Shown here: positions 26,027 through 38,272 of the stretch, in pieces
Layout: every line of letters starts with the position of its first letter
Position numbering within the stretch: the first letter of the stretch is position 1
Source of the DNA: Lama glama
Lineage: Eukaryota
Direction of reading: 5' to 3'
Length of the DNA: 64,000 nt
Assembly: GCA_028534125.1 (NCBI GenBank)
Contig: CM052817.1
Span: forward strand, 31,002,001-31,066,000
Notes under the pieces: model-generated
Database searches by the model: none
What the model saw: only the letters and a program-made list of their open reading frames with translations
What the model was told of the DNA's origin: nothing
Position numbers and translations under genes: made by a program

Positions 26027-28210
26027 AAAGACAAATAAATAGATCATTTTGAAACACGGAGAGTGATAAGCCCAGAAAGGCTGCCCAAGAAACCCCTCAA
26101 CAAAGAGCTTTCAGCAGCAAAGTTTAGCATGCAGGTATTGGAGACTTGGGAGAACCAAAAAGAAAAGCTAGAAAAAGATTTAGGAATTTGGGGAAATAAA
26201 TTATTTTGCAGTTTTCCCCTCCAGAGCCTGGTTGATACCCAGCAAATGAGAAAGGACACGCTCCCTTGGTCACACTCTCCTTCCCGAAGGAACTCTGAGG
26301 TTTCACACCACCTTAGCCTTCAGCTACGCCGGAAAATGCCCACAGCTGCCATCACCAATGGCCAGAAAAGGTCATTCAACCTGGTTAATTGTTCCACTGG
26401 CTGAGGTCCATGCAAATGTCGCTTCTGTCCCCATATTCTCTTAATATAGTATTCCAAGCTTGGTGTGAGAGGAAGGGGAAGCCATGGGGAAGTTCACCCT
26501 GCACTTGTTTGGACAGTGTGAGCTGCGGCTTGTTGCGTAGACTTTTGCTTTCATCCCAGAATCAAATGGAGTTTTGTTTCTGTTTTTGTTTTTCGTATCC
26601 CACTGCTTCTCCCTCCTATGGCTCCCACCACAGATACACACTCTTTTCTGCTTGAGGGTATCAGTTTTTAATCTTTAATCATCTTCACTCAGCATCACCC
26701 AAACTCAAGTCTATGTCTTCAGGTGCATTTTTTCCTGCCAAGTTACTGTTCTTTTCATTGGCACTTGAAGGTAACATCTCATTTTAGTTAAAACTAAATT
26801 TAGTTAACTAATAAAAACACTCTATTTTTGTGTTTCTTCCTGGGAAAAATAGATTCTTTTAAAATATTTTTGAAACTCAAGGGATTACAATCCAGTAGGG
26901 GAGGTGTGTGGGTTTTTGTTTGTTTGTTTTTTGGTTTTTTGGTTTTTTGGGCTTTTTTTAATGAACCAGTTACCACAATGTAAAGGGCTCCATACTATAG
27001 CATTTCATCAATAGATGTATTATAAATTAAATGAGGCACAATCATATAACAGAATGCTGTATGCTCTCAAAAGAAATGAACTTATTTAATACATCAGTGA
27101 GAATAGGTCTAGATTTTTTAAATATAATGTTCAGTTAAAAAAAGATGTCAGATTTGTTGACACACCACCCAAGAGTCATGTACACTAGTTAGAATACAAA
27201 ATAAAGCAGCATATATATATATATATGTATGTGTGTGTATTTCTTTAAGGATCTGGAAGTTTACACAACATACACATGTAGCTTCTGGAAATTAGACTTG
27301 GAGTAATGCTGAAGGGGACTTTAGTAGTACCTGAAAAAGAAGTGAGATTGGAGTACATAATCCAAAATGGTAACCATAATTAATTCTGAATGGTTGGATA
27401 GTGTGTATTTGTTTTATAATCTTTGTACTTTTTTAGATCACTTAAATTTACGAAAAGAAAACAAAGATAAAAGCAAAGATCACATGATAGATCCATGCCA
27501 GGAGTTCAGAAGAAGGGAAACTCACCATCAAGGTGATCAGAGAATTCTGGTAAAGGAATAAGCAGGACTGGGAAGATGGTTGGAACATTCTTAGGCAGGA
27601 ATGGATGAACAGAGCAATTTGTTTACAAGGAATCATACAAACCAAAAAGGGAGATAATAAAATCCAATGTCAGGATATATCCAAAACTTAGTAAATTTTT
27701 AAATCAAAATTTGATACCAGGAATGAAGAATTTTCTGTAAAGTGTATTATGAGAAATAGTCAGGTCCAGAGTCAAGCAAATGGTTTTTCTAAGATAGGCC
27801 TTCTGTCGGCATGGTTGCTAACTTATAGAACAGCACAAAAGGAAACAAGAACTCAGTCAGCTAATTACAGTGTCAGAGGCCAATCCAACCTTAGAAGGCA
27901 CCTAATTCAACTTCCTCTTACAGGAGAGGAAACTGAGGCCCTGAGAAGTTAAAATCACCAGTGGTCCAGCCCAGTACAGACTCTAACATCAACATCAACA
28001 GAACACAATTCAGGAAGGCTAATCATGCCTTGACCTTTTTTGATGGTAAAACAGTCATCCACTTGGCAGGCTGGAATGTAAGGAGAATGCAGGGTGGTAA
28101 TTGTAGGGTATGGTCTAGATAGTAAGGTTTAAGAATTTACAGCAAAACACACTTTTATAAATTCATTTTTGTTAAATCATTTTATTCTAATTTATTCTTT
28201 TCATGAAGTC

Positions 28211-28390
28211 TTTTTTTTATGAAGTATAGTCCATTTTCACTGTTGTGTTAATTTCTGGTGTACAGCACAGTGGTTAATTTATATGTCTATATATTCCTTT
28301 TCATATTCTTTTTCATTATAGGCCATTACAAGGTATTGAATACAGTTCCCTGTGCTATACAGTAGGGCCTTGTTGTTCTAATCTATTTTT
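28211..28390 (-). mobile_element. Short L1 3' end (same family as 15200-15347)
   Basis: T-tract then gaagtatagt...ttctggtgtacagca...gttccctgtgctatacagtag. Confidence 0.8.
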
Positions 28391-29520
28391 AAGCAAAGAA
28401 AGATTATTTTAAAAATCAAAGAGATTTTAGCATAAATTAAACTATGTAAATTGAGAGCATATGAAAGGGTTACATAAGCCCTCGGTCTTAGCATCTATAA
28501 AAAAGCTGGTTTAATTGGATGTACGCTCCCACAATATTTTTAAGAATTCTTATAAAAGCCCTGTGCCAATGACAGCAAATGGATTTTATGCAAAAATAAC
28601 CTATCGAGAGACCATGCGAGGGATCGCTCAGGAGCTAGCAGGCCTCCATAGCACACTGCACATCATTTGTGCCTTCTTTTATGAAAAGAGCATTAAAAAA
28701 AAAATCAGACTTTGTAATAGGATTCAGTACCAGGCTTCTTTAGTAATGAACTTCTCTAGGGCTTTTGAAATAAAATTGGACTTAACAATAAACACATCAT
28801 TTTTAAGAAACATCATTTTGGTGGTAAAGAGACAAATATTTGTCTTGCTCTGCACTCACTGTGGGTTCAGTAAATGTGTCTCCTCCATGACAGATGGTCC
28901 AAATTAGTCTGAACATTAAACATTATAGCCTGGGTGGACTTAAGCAATAACCGTTTTAAGAGTACTCATCAATGCCAGTGTGTGCCCACAGAAGCAGTTT
29001 CAGGCCCAGCAAGGGGGTGAGCCCCTTGAGGGTCTAGCCAGCCTTCTATTCTGCCTCTCAATTCTGCCTACCTAATCCACAAAGACCTTTGTTAGGATGT
29101 TTTCTAGATTCTTCCTTTCAGGTCTCAACCAACCCTTCAGCCAATGCCCTGAACTTCCAACTGGGAGCTTATTAACAACCTTCTGAATCTATTGGGGATA
29201 AAATGTGGGCAAGGACCCGGCACGTGACAACAGGAAGGGCCTGCCTATGCCTAGCCCGTCTGTTTTGGTAGTGCTTGTTTGCATATTTGATCGCCTTGTA
29301 CCCTGCAAGGGCCTGGATTTGCATATCTTTCTCTTTAAAGTCTATTTGATTATTGTTTGCTCACAGGGGCTTTCACAGTTGTCCTGGCTGACCTTGGGAT
29401 CTTGTATCCCAAACTGTAGCCTCAGCATCCAAAAGAAAGGAAGATACTGACTTTGTTTTCATTTTTAATGCATATTTACAGCTTAAAAGCAACAATAAAA
29501 GGAAGACCCATGTACCCACC

Positions 29521-29941
29521 TGTGATGGTTCATTTTGTGTATTGATATGGCTGGGCCACAGTACCCAGAGATTTGGTCAGACATTATTCTAGGTGTTTCT
29601 ACCAGAGTATTTTTTAGATGAGATTAACTTTAAATTGACCTACTTTGAGGAAAGCAAATTAACCTCCATAAAGTGGGTTGGCCTCACTCAATCAGTTGAA
29701 AGCCTTAGTAAAGACTGGCCTCCCCAGAGAGACAGAATTCTGGAAGCCGACTGTCTTTGGACTCAAACTGCAACATCAACCGTTCCCTTCCAGCCTGCCC
29801 ACCTACCTTGCAGATTTTGGATTTACAGCCCCACAAATATGTGAACCAACTCTAAAAATCTTTCCATCTCTCTTTCTGGCTCAATATTTGTTTGTATACA
29901 TCGAATCAGTTCCATTTCTCTGGAGACTCCTGACTAATACA
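29521..29941 (+). mobile_element. Complete MLT2 (ERVL) solo LTR
   Basis: TGTGATGGTT...TGACTAATACA termini with perfect 5-bp TSD CCACC (29516-29520, 29942-29946). Confidence 0.9.
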
Positions 29942-31786
29942 CCACCAGTGAATTTAAGAAACAATAGAACATCCCTGGTACCTTTGAAGTCCACTGTTTG
30001 CCCCTCCCTGAGTCTATGGACCTTCTGCTTTGATTTTTCTGGATCATGGAGATACGTGATCAGCAAAATCACTCAGGGAAAAGATTTAGCATTTCACCCA
30101 GTAGATGGCAGGAATGCCACTGCATTCAGCATGGAAACGTGCGCTAGGCTTAACGAAGCACCTAAATCAATGGATAATGTCACTTTCTATTCCCATTTAA
30201 GTCATAAATCATCTATCAGACCAAAAAATCCAGCAGCTAAGATTTCGTTAGTCAGCCTGCCCAGGTCGGGGCTCTTCCCAAGAGGTCAGGACCCTCTAAC
30301 TGACCCCATCACTGCAGAGCAAGTGCATTCCTGCAGGCCACGCAACCTCAGTTGTCAGGTGGAGCTCTGCTCCTTCTTATTTTTTTTATAACAGGGAAGA
30401 TCTGACCATGCAAACAATCTTGAATGCATCTCTTCCTTTCCACACTGCCGCCAGTTCCTTGTTTCAGGCCTTCAAGTCGTCTCTCTTACGCCGCAGCGTC
30501 TGCCCTACCCATCACTTTTAGATCAGTTTGTGATAGCACAGGTCTGATCACAAAGCTCCTTCTTCTTGGAAACCTCCACAGTGGACTCCTAATTCTCTTT
30601 CTCTCCTTCTCTGCTATGCACTGGTCACATTAAAAACTAAAAAAAAGTCTCAAAGGTGCCCTATATGCCAGTGTTTTTGTGGTTTTCCTCTAATTTAATG
30701 TGGTTTGTATTTTACCAGAGGTCTTTCCTTTATTTCTCCATGAGTGCATTCCTATTCATAAGACCCACTCAAATGACAGCCTATATAAAACTTCTGCAAG
30801 TTCCCCTGTCCCATGAGAAGAGTTAATTCCCGGCCTTTCACACTCCCATAACACCTGATTCATACCTCCATTTGAAACACTTATTCTATTAGTACTTTAC
30901 AAATTGTTCTCAGGATCCCGTGGTGGTATTTAAAGGGAGAAGGGAGAAGATGATTCTCAATGAAAAACATTGTGCTCTACTTAGAATCAGCCAGCCCTTA
31001 CAAGGATTAAGTTTTCTGCTAGGCCAGTCAAGTCGGCCTGGAATTTTTTTTAGGAACATTAAATCCCGAGAGGCTCCTGAGTCTCAAGCTCATCAGCTTC
31101 TAGTGTGCTTTCCCAACTGGCTGGAGCTGCCTCGGCATCTGAACCCCAGACATGGACACTCCAAGCCTGATGGGGAGAAAGGAAGAACTGAAAGCAGCAG
31201 GTGCAGGAAGAAGGGCACGTGGCATTGGAGGTACCAAGATGACGTTGCCAGCAGGAGGAAGTAGTTGGCAGACAACCGGAAAACTACATGTGGAACTCAG
31301 TAGAGGGCAGATAGATGTTTAGAAGTCCCCAGCCTGGAAACCAAGACTAAAGCCATGTAAATGAACGAGATAACCAGGGTAGTCCTTAGAAAGATCACTT
31401 ACATTTAAAGCAAAGAACAAAGCAGAGAAGCCAGACAAGAGTCCTTAAAATTTTTTCTTTTAAATTAAAAAAAGGTTTTTTTTTTTTCCATTTAAGAAAA
31501 GAGCGAGAAAGAAGACCAGCAACTCCTCAAGGCAGGAGTTCCCAGTAATCGGGAGGGGTTATCAAAGTCAGGTGTGACCTGGGAGACGCGGAAAAAGACA
31601 CTTGCATTTGGCAGTTGGAATTGTGACTTTGGATAAGTTTCAGGGGAGAAAAGAGAAACCAGACCACGGGGGCTTAAGGTGTAGCTGGTGTTTAAGGCAC
31701 ATTCTGGTGAATTTTGGTAACGTGGGAAGGAGAGAGCTAAAACCATAGTTTGAACTGAAGGCATAGCAAGATCAAGAGAAAGTTTT

Positions 31787-31880
31787 TTTTTTCCTTTTTC
31801 TCTTCTTTCCATAAACTCCTTTTCTTCCTCCCCTTCTCCTCCTCCCCCTCCCCCACCCCTCCTTCTCCTCCTCCCTCTTA
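31787..31880 (+). repeat. Polypyrimidine (CT-rich) low-complexity tract
   Basis: About 90 bp that is almost all C/T. Confidence 0.85.
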
Positions 31881-32611
31881 GTACAAAGAACATGTACATT
31901 CATCTCTAAATTAAATAGCTGTAGGCTGAGGGGAAGAATCCAGTGAAGTGAAACAAGGTAGTGATTTAAAGAGGCATAGTAATGGATGCCAAGATCTGGC
32001 AGCCAGAGGTAATTGACTTCAGAGAGAAATAGGACACGTTTCTCTAAAGGGAGGGCCCCTTACATAGAAATGTAGGAATTAGTGGGATTCATACATCAAG
32101 GTGGCTTGGATTCATCTCCTCCTCCATATGCTGCATAATCACCTGTAGTGAGTGAAGGTGGTGAGTCTGGGTTTAGACTGGTGCCTGGCACTTGGTGTCT
32201 GCTCAGTAAATGTTTGTTTGAAGAGAAGGGCTTGGCTCAGAATGTGATAAGGAATCATTTAAAGATAAACAGAAAGATCATTAATCAAGAGTGTGGATTC
32301 CATTGAGTTAAGTTTTCAGAGGAATCGTTTGGCTTATCTTCATAACATTCTCCTGCAATGTGACCCAGAAACATAAGGGAGAAGGCGGCTGGTAGAGTCT
32401 CCCCAGGGCTGAGGGACGGATCAGGTGGACTTGCGGTAGGAAAAGAGGTAGTGGGACCAGGAAAAATGGCAGATAGATGGCCAACCTAATCAGACCAAAG
32501 CCTCCAATACCTGTGAAAATCTCCATGCTGCTTATATGAATACGGCATATAAATCCCAAATGTGATAGCCCTTTAACCTCCAGAACATTTCTTCTATCTA
32601 AAACCCCTTTT

Positions 32612-32875
32612 AAAAAATTGAAGTGTAGTCAGTTTACAATGTTGTGTCAGTTTCTGGGGTACAGCATAATGTTTTAGTCATACATATACACACATGTATT
32701 TGTTTTCATATTCTTTTTCATTATAGGTTACTACATGATATTGAGTATAGTTCCCTGTGCTATACAGTAGAAACTTGTTTACCTATTTTATATATACACA
32801 TATAGATAGATAGATAGATAGATAGCTGTAAATTTTGAACTCCCAATTTATCCCTTCCCATCCCATTTACCCCTT
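32612..32875 (-). mobile_element. L1 3' end with internal (GATA)n microsatellite (32803-32825)
   Basis: Same 3' motifs as 28211; tagatagatagata run. Confidence 0.8.
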
Positions 32876-33859
32876 TGCCTGATATGCTCTGTCCTCAGAC
32901 ACCCCTATGGCTTGCTCTTGTACCTCCTTTAGATCTTGGCTTAAACGTCACTGTCTTAGAAAGACCCCACACCCTGGCAAAATTGAAAAGTATCTTCTCC
33001 CTTCTGTCTTCTCCATAGCATATCATCTAAGTATTAAATATTTTCCATCCGCCCAATGAAGGCATGACTTTTGTTTATTTTGTTTATTCCTGTATTCTTG
33101 TACTTGGAATGGGGCCTGCCACATATTGGGTGCTCCCTTAATACCTGTTAAATTAAAAAGTGACTGAATAAGCAGAGATATAGGATGTTCTGGGGACAGA
33201 GGGGTTGAAACTGAAGACTTTATTCACTTTGCTCCAATTTTTTTCTAGTGATTGTAAAATTGGCTTGTAACCCAAGTTACAAATTCAGACAAAAAGTCTG
33301 AAATTCTTCCTGCCTTCTAAGGCCACTGTATTCCTTAAAATTCAAATAAAACAGCTACAACTCCCTCTTGTTTATAAGCGTCAAGAGAAAGGGAAGTTGA
33401 TCACCTCTTGTCCTTTATTTCTGTGCCCCTGGAATTTGCAATCCCAGCTGGTGACATTGCCTCATATGTGCCTTCTTTTCTCTGGCCACCTCCCTTCAGG
33501 TATAGACCTTCCTTTTTACTTCCCCAAACTCTGCTAAAAGAGGCTGGTGGGCATAATAAACTTTAATTAAAGGTTGGAGGATAATACAGCACAGAGATTT
33601 TTATCACTTTTCATTTGTTAGAATTCATAGAAAATAATAACATTTGTACAGTCTAATGAGATAAACTGATCTATACGGATTTGGTATAAAATTTCATTGC
33701 ATTTTAAAAATATAACAGAACTTTAATAAATTTTAAAATTCTAGGTGGTAAGGAGATATTAAAATTTTTGACTTTATATAAAATTTTCTTATAAAACTTT
33801 TAAAAATTGCTATTGAGTATCTCTTCCTTGCTTTGGTGAACATCCTTTTCCTCTCATAC

Positions 33860-34150
33860 AGTTTTTTGAAATTGGATTATAATTCAGGTACTATTAAATT
33901 CACCTGTTTAAGGTAACTGCCCCTTCTGAGTGTTTTTAGTGGAGTTGTACACTCATCATCACTGTCTAATTTCAGAATATTTTCCTTATCCCAGTACCCA
34001 TTAGCAGTCACTTACCATTCTCCTCTCCTCCCAGCCCCTGGCAACTGCTATGCTACCTTCTGTGGATTTACCTCTTCTGGGCATTTCATAGAAATGGAAT
34101 TATACAATATACGGATTGATGTGTCTGGTCTCTGTCTGAGCATTTTCATA
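33860..34150 (-). mobile_element. Old L1 3' UTR fragment (L1MB-like)
   Basis: cccattagcagtcact...cccagcccctggcaac...catttcatagaaatggaat. Confidence 0.7.
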
Positions 34151-34310
34151 AGAAGTTTTATGTTTGAAATAGCTACATATAATTTTGGATAAATGTAATG
34201 ATTCCTTCAAATTCTTGATAATTATCATTGGTGAGAAACTATTTTTACAGTTGTATCATAATTTGCAAGAGTCAAGATTATATTTAAGGATTCTGATAGC
34301 CCTTCCTTTA

Positions 34311-34391
34311 GTTAGTGTAACTATATGAAATTGTCATTTGGGATGTCAAAACTGGTTGAATATTTGCTGTTGCATGTGTGTCAAACTAATA
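34311..34391. mobile_element. Degenerate MADE2-like mariner MITE
   Basis: About 80 bp, atatgaaattg...gtcaaaa..ggttgaatat...caaactaata, with decayed terminal inverted repeats. Confidence 0.6.
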
Positions 34392-35794
34392 TCTCACTGA
34401 GTGATGTAATATTGAAGTTCTTTGTGATAATGTGAATGGATTTTGCATCCAATTCAATTTTTTCATGTCAAGCTGTAATTTGCAGAACATACATGCAGGA
34501 GCAATGGTCCCCCACAGCTGAAAATGGAGAGAAGGATCCAAGATATGTGAAAAGGGGGGACTGGGACCAGGGCTGGAACTGTGCTTGCTTATCCCCCTCA
34601 CCAGCCCCACCAAACATCCCCTCAGGCCAGTCTCTGTGCTCTTTGGGAACCTGGAACACAGATCTCCTTCTTCAGCTCCATGAGTTCCTGTCCCACGATG
34701 AGCTCTTAGACCCATCAGGTCCTATGCAGCTGTTCAGGGGCTGAGAGCTTGTTATCTTGAAATACACCATAGTCTCTTATTTCTAGGAGCTCTGATTTGT
34801 AAGGGATACCGCATCACACCAAAAGAAACAGCTTAAAAGCAGATACTGGACATCACTTTCCTAAAGTCACTTGGCCACAGCTTCTCAGGAAACTTGTCAT
34901 TGGCCGCCTTCCACATCTGGCCCAAGGTTGTATCTCATTCCTTAGGGGCTGAACCCCATCTTCTCTCTAGGTAGAGTTATTGCCCATCCCCTCACCTTTC
35001 CAAAGCCCTCAAACTCCTGCCTTCTCTGGACAGTATTTAGAGAAATGTATCCCTCTTTATCTCAACTACATCTCCATTCAGGCCAAAGCTCTGGAGGCTA
35101 CCTTTGTCTAAGTAAGGGATGAATTATCTTTCTTAAACTAAAGAGCCATCAGTCCCTGTGAGGAATGATGCTACTGTCCTATTAACAGTGTTTTTCATCA
35201 CATTACAAATAGGCCCTGGAAGGAGTTAACGGACATATCTAGAACTCTGAGATCAGCTTGCATCTCTGCCGTTAAGGAGATTCTGATATTCTGTGTGATC
35301 ACTGCATTGCAAGGGTTTTTATAGGATGAAAAGCCAACCCGTTCTCTTAGGGAAGAAAGTGATTCAGCTGATAGAAAGGGAAGGAAATGTAATTTCTCTT
35401 TTTAAGAAATGCACACATATAAAATCAAGGCCTAAGTTTGAAACTGGTAATAATGATTTATGTATTCTCATTGTTTCTAAAACATATAGAATTTCTACTC
35501 TCAACAGGGCAGTTATAATCATAGTGTGGTTTTACCTCCCCCTCAGCACCCAAATCATTTAATATGAACCTTCCTGATTCATTGAAATCTATACTGAATA
35601 GTCCACAATAAAAGAATGTAATACTTACATTATGGTGGCCAGTGTATTAAATCAAAGATTTTATGGATTTCTTTTTTAACAAAATGGAAACAACCCTTAT
35701 GAGAAATGTTAGATATGAGAAGAACATTTGCAAGAAAGCCAAACTGAAGCTCACTTTAATAGTGGTTATTTGCAATGAAACAAGTATTAATTTT

Positions 35795-36222
35795 CCTTCC
35801 AATTTTATTGGAATACAATTGACATACAGCACTGTGTAAGTCTGTATACAGCATAATGATTTGACTTATGATGATTGATTGAAATGATTACCTTAGTAAG
35901 TTTTGTGAACATTCATTATCTCACAGAGATATAAAATCCAAGAAAAAAAAAGTTTTCCTTATGATGAGAACTCCTAGGGTTAACTCTTAACCATATATGT
36001 AACATACAGCAGTGTTAATTAATCATGTTGTTCATTACGTCTCTAGTACTCAGTTATCTCATAATTGAAGAAGGCTGTACCTTTTCAACACCTTTATCAC
36101 CAGACAAAGATACTACATTATTATTGACTATATACCCCATGCTGTACACTACATCCCTGTGAGTCATTTATTTTGTAACTAGAAGTTTGGACCTCTTAAA
36201 TTCCCTCACCTATTTCACTCAT
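35795..36222 (-). mobile_element. L1 3' end (L1MA9-like)
   Basis: aattgacatacagcactgtgtaag...atgagaact...tattttgtaactagaagtttg. Confidence 0.75.
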
Positions 36223-36539
36223 AAGTATTAATTTTTAAAACCTGATAGATATATTTAAATCTTAAATAGGACACATGCTTTTTTCATTCAGTCAAATGAT
36301 ACAAAAACAAATAGAAAGCTAGTAATGTCCCCTCACTTTTCCATCCTTTCCCTCTGAGTAAACAATTTTGATGTGTATCTTACCATCATATTTTCTACGT
36401 TTGTATTAAAACATATAAATATATAAAGAATATATATAAGGATAAGTTGTATTACAAAATATTTCATGTCATTCTGCTACTGCATTTTTTAACTTAAATA
36501 TAATGTAGACTTTCCTCTAAGACAATAAGTTAAATGTTA

Positions 36540-36716
36540 GCCAGTAATTCTCAATCCTTGCTGCAGAGCTGAATCACCTGGGAAGCTTTTAAAAAGAGAG
36601 AGAGAGAGAGATTGCCAGGGTTCCACTCCCAGAGATTCCGGTTTAATTGGCTTGGGTGGGGCCTTGGCATCAAGCTCCTCAGTTGACTCTGGTGTGTATC
36701 TTGTTAGAACCACTGA
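36540..36716. mobile_element. MER5A-like hAT element with a (GA)n run
   Basis: cagtaattctcaa...agaaccactg termini. Confidence 0.75.
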
Positions 36717-37899
36717 TTTAAGCAATCTGAACAGTCTGCAAATACCAGCTCCCTGTCTGAATTGTCCTGGTATGCATCCTCCCAAGAAAGCACTCCACTG
36801 AGATTTATCTCAGCATCAGTGCTAATTTGCGAAACCAGGGGAGGCCCATCTAAAATTTTAAGTCTCTTAAGGAAGGTTGGCTATCAGATGGGAAAATTGT
36901 TTCATCTTAAATATCATGTTAGGGACAGTCACATGACTGCAAAAAGGGCAACTAGGGCCAGTAATTTCAGAGACAACATAAATGACAGCCTGCTCTGCTA
37001 GGCTGGGTTTATTCCCAGAATTGACTAAACTCTAGAGATTTGCCCTTGCCTGCAGAAGGAGTTTTCCAGAACTGGTCATTGCAGGAAGCCACACCCAGAA
37101 CCTGTTTCTCCTCGTCTGGGAGAGGCACCCACTTAGTGGATGCAGAGACTTGTTTGGTCTCTCCAGCCTGGTCTGGGGGAGTTTGCGATTCTCCCAGCTT
37201 CATGAGCGTGCCCTGGTGGGCTGTCCACTATTACTGAAATATTCATAAGATCACTTAGTTTCCTTTCTCTTGCCACATATTTAGGAAACACTTGAGAAAA
37301 TGGAAGACGTACAGATCAGAGTTGTGGTGGGTTTTGTCCCTTCTCTATCTTTGCTTCAATGGGATAAAACAACTGGCAGCCAGTGATTATGACTCTTTAG
37401 TCTGAATTATTGCCGCCGTTGGTTCTGCCCTTTCTGAATGCCCTTTCCCTTTCTCAAAGCACTTAGTCTGTCAGAAGTTTTGAAAGGCTAGATGGGCTGG
37501 AATTTACTTAGTAGTAAAATATTTTTTAAGAATCTGAGTTTTAAGTTAACAGGCCATGGCAGGTGTATGAACAAAGCCAACTTACATTGAGTGAGGGAGG
37601 GAATAGAAGGTCAAGGAGTGAGAAAAGAGACCAAATCAGAATCGTGGTCTTTTTCTCAATTTTTTTTTCTAGGTCTACAACAACACATTAACTGTTTAGA
37701 TTTGATCCCTTTACCCTCCAAGAAATAATTGGCAAGTTTCAAGTCTAGGTAAACGGATGAACTGTTAACCACAGAATTTCAGCGAAAGAAGAATGAAGCA
37801 AACCCCAAGCGCAGGCGTTCTGTACTGTAACGTGAAAGTCACAGGTGGAACGGTAAATGCTCTTGGGCTGCTAGGCAGACAGGAAGCTCTGTCCAACAG

Positions 37900-38000
37900 C
37901 TGGAGCTGGGAAGCCCCCTGGCGGCCAGGCCCCGCCCCCGTGCCGCTGACGTCACGGAAGGTGGGGCGGCGAGCGATTGGCTGTTCACGGAAGCTCCCGG
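37900..38000 (+). promoter_or_regulatory. ATP10D: ATP10D core promoter (small CpG-rich, no TATA seen)
   Basis: GC boxes near 37930 and 37963, perfect CRE TGACGTCA 37947-37954, two CACGGAAG ETS-type cores, reverse CCAAT 37976-37980. Confidence 0.85.
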
Positions 38001-38272
38001 CTGCTCTGCATCCCGCGGAGGGAGGAGGAGGAGGAGAGGCAGGAATTTGGGCGGAGGAACGGAGGGAGGAGGACGTTGTCGGCTTGGCTCGGGCTCCGGC
38101 TCTGGCAGCTGAGTTTGGAAGCTGTCTGAGAAGTGATTTTTTTTTTCTTCAAAGGCAAATGGCTGGCGTAGAAGCGTAACCCGCCTCCAGTCTTTGAATT
38201 TGTGCTTGATTCTTCTCTTGCATCTCGGGACTCGTGGTCATCATGCTGTGATGTGTGCCCAGAGAGGAACTG
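37995..38272 (+). other. ATP10D: ATP10D non-coding exon 1 (5' end approximate)
   Basis: Follows the promoter cluster and ends at donor CTG|GTAAGG (38272/38273). It is the only CpG promoter seen between COMMD8 and the ATP10D coding exon. Direct splicing to 62273 is inferred. Confidence 0.75.

Noticed and set aside
29678..30391. Longest N-free ORF (237 aa)
   Set aside because: Starts at TTG inside the MLT2 LTR, runs through repeat debris and shows no recognisable domain or exon signals.
31492..31899. 135-aa ORF with poly-R/G/E
   Set aside because: Translation of the CT-rich low-complexity tract.
37960..37980. ER stress element in the ATP10D promoter
   Set aside because: CCAAT-N9 is followed by CCCCA, not CCACG.
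20892..38000. Shared bidirectional promoter for COMMD8 and ATP10D
   Set aside because: They are head-to-head but 17 kb apart, each with its own CpG promoter.
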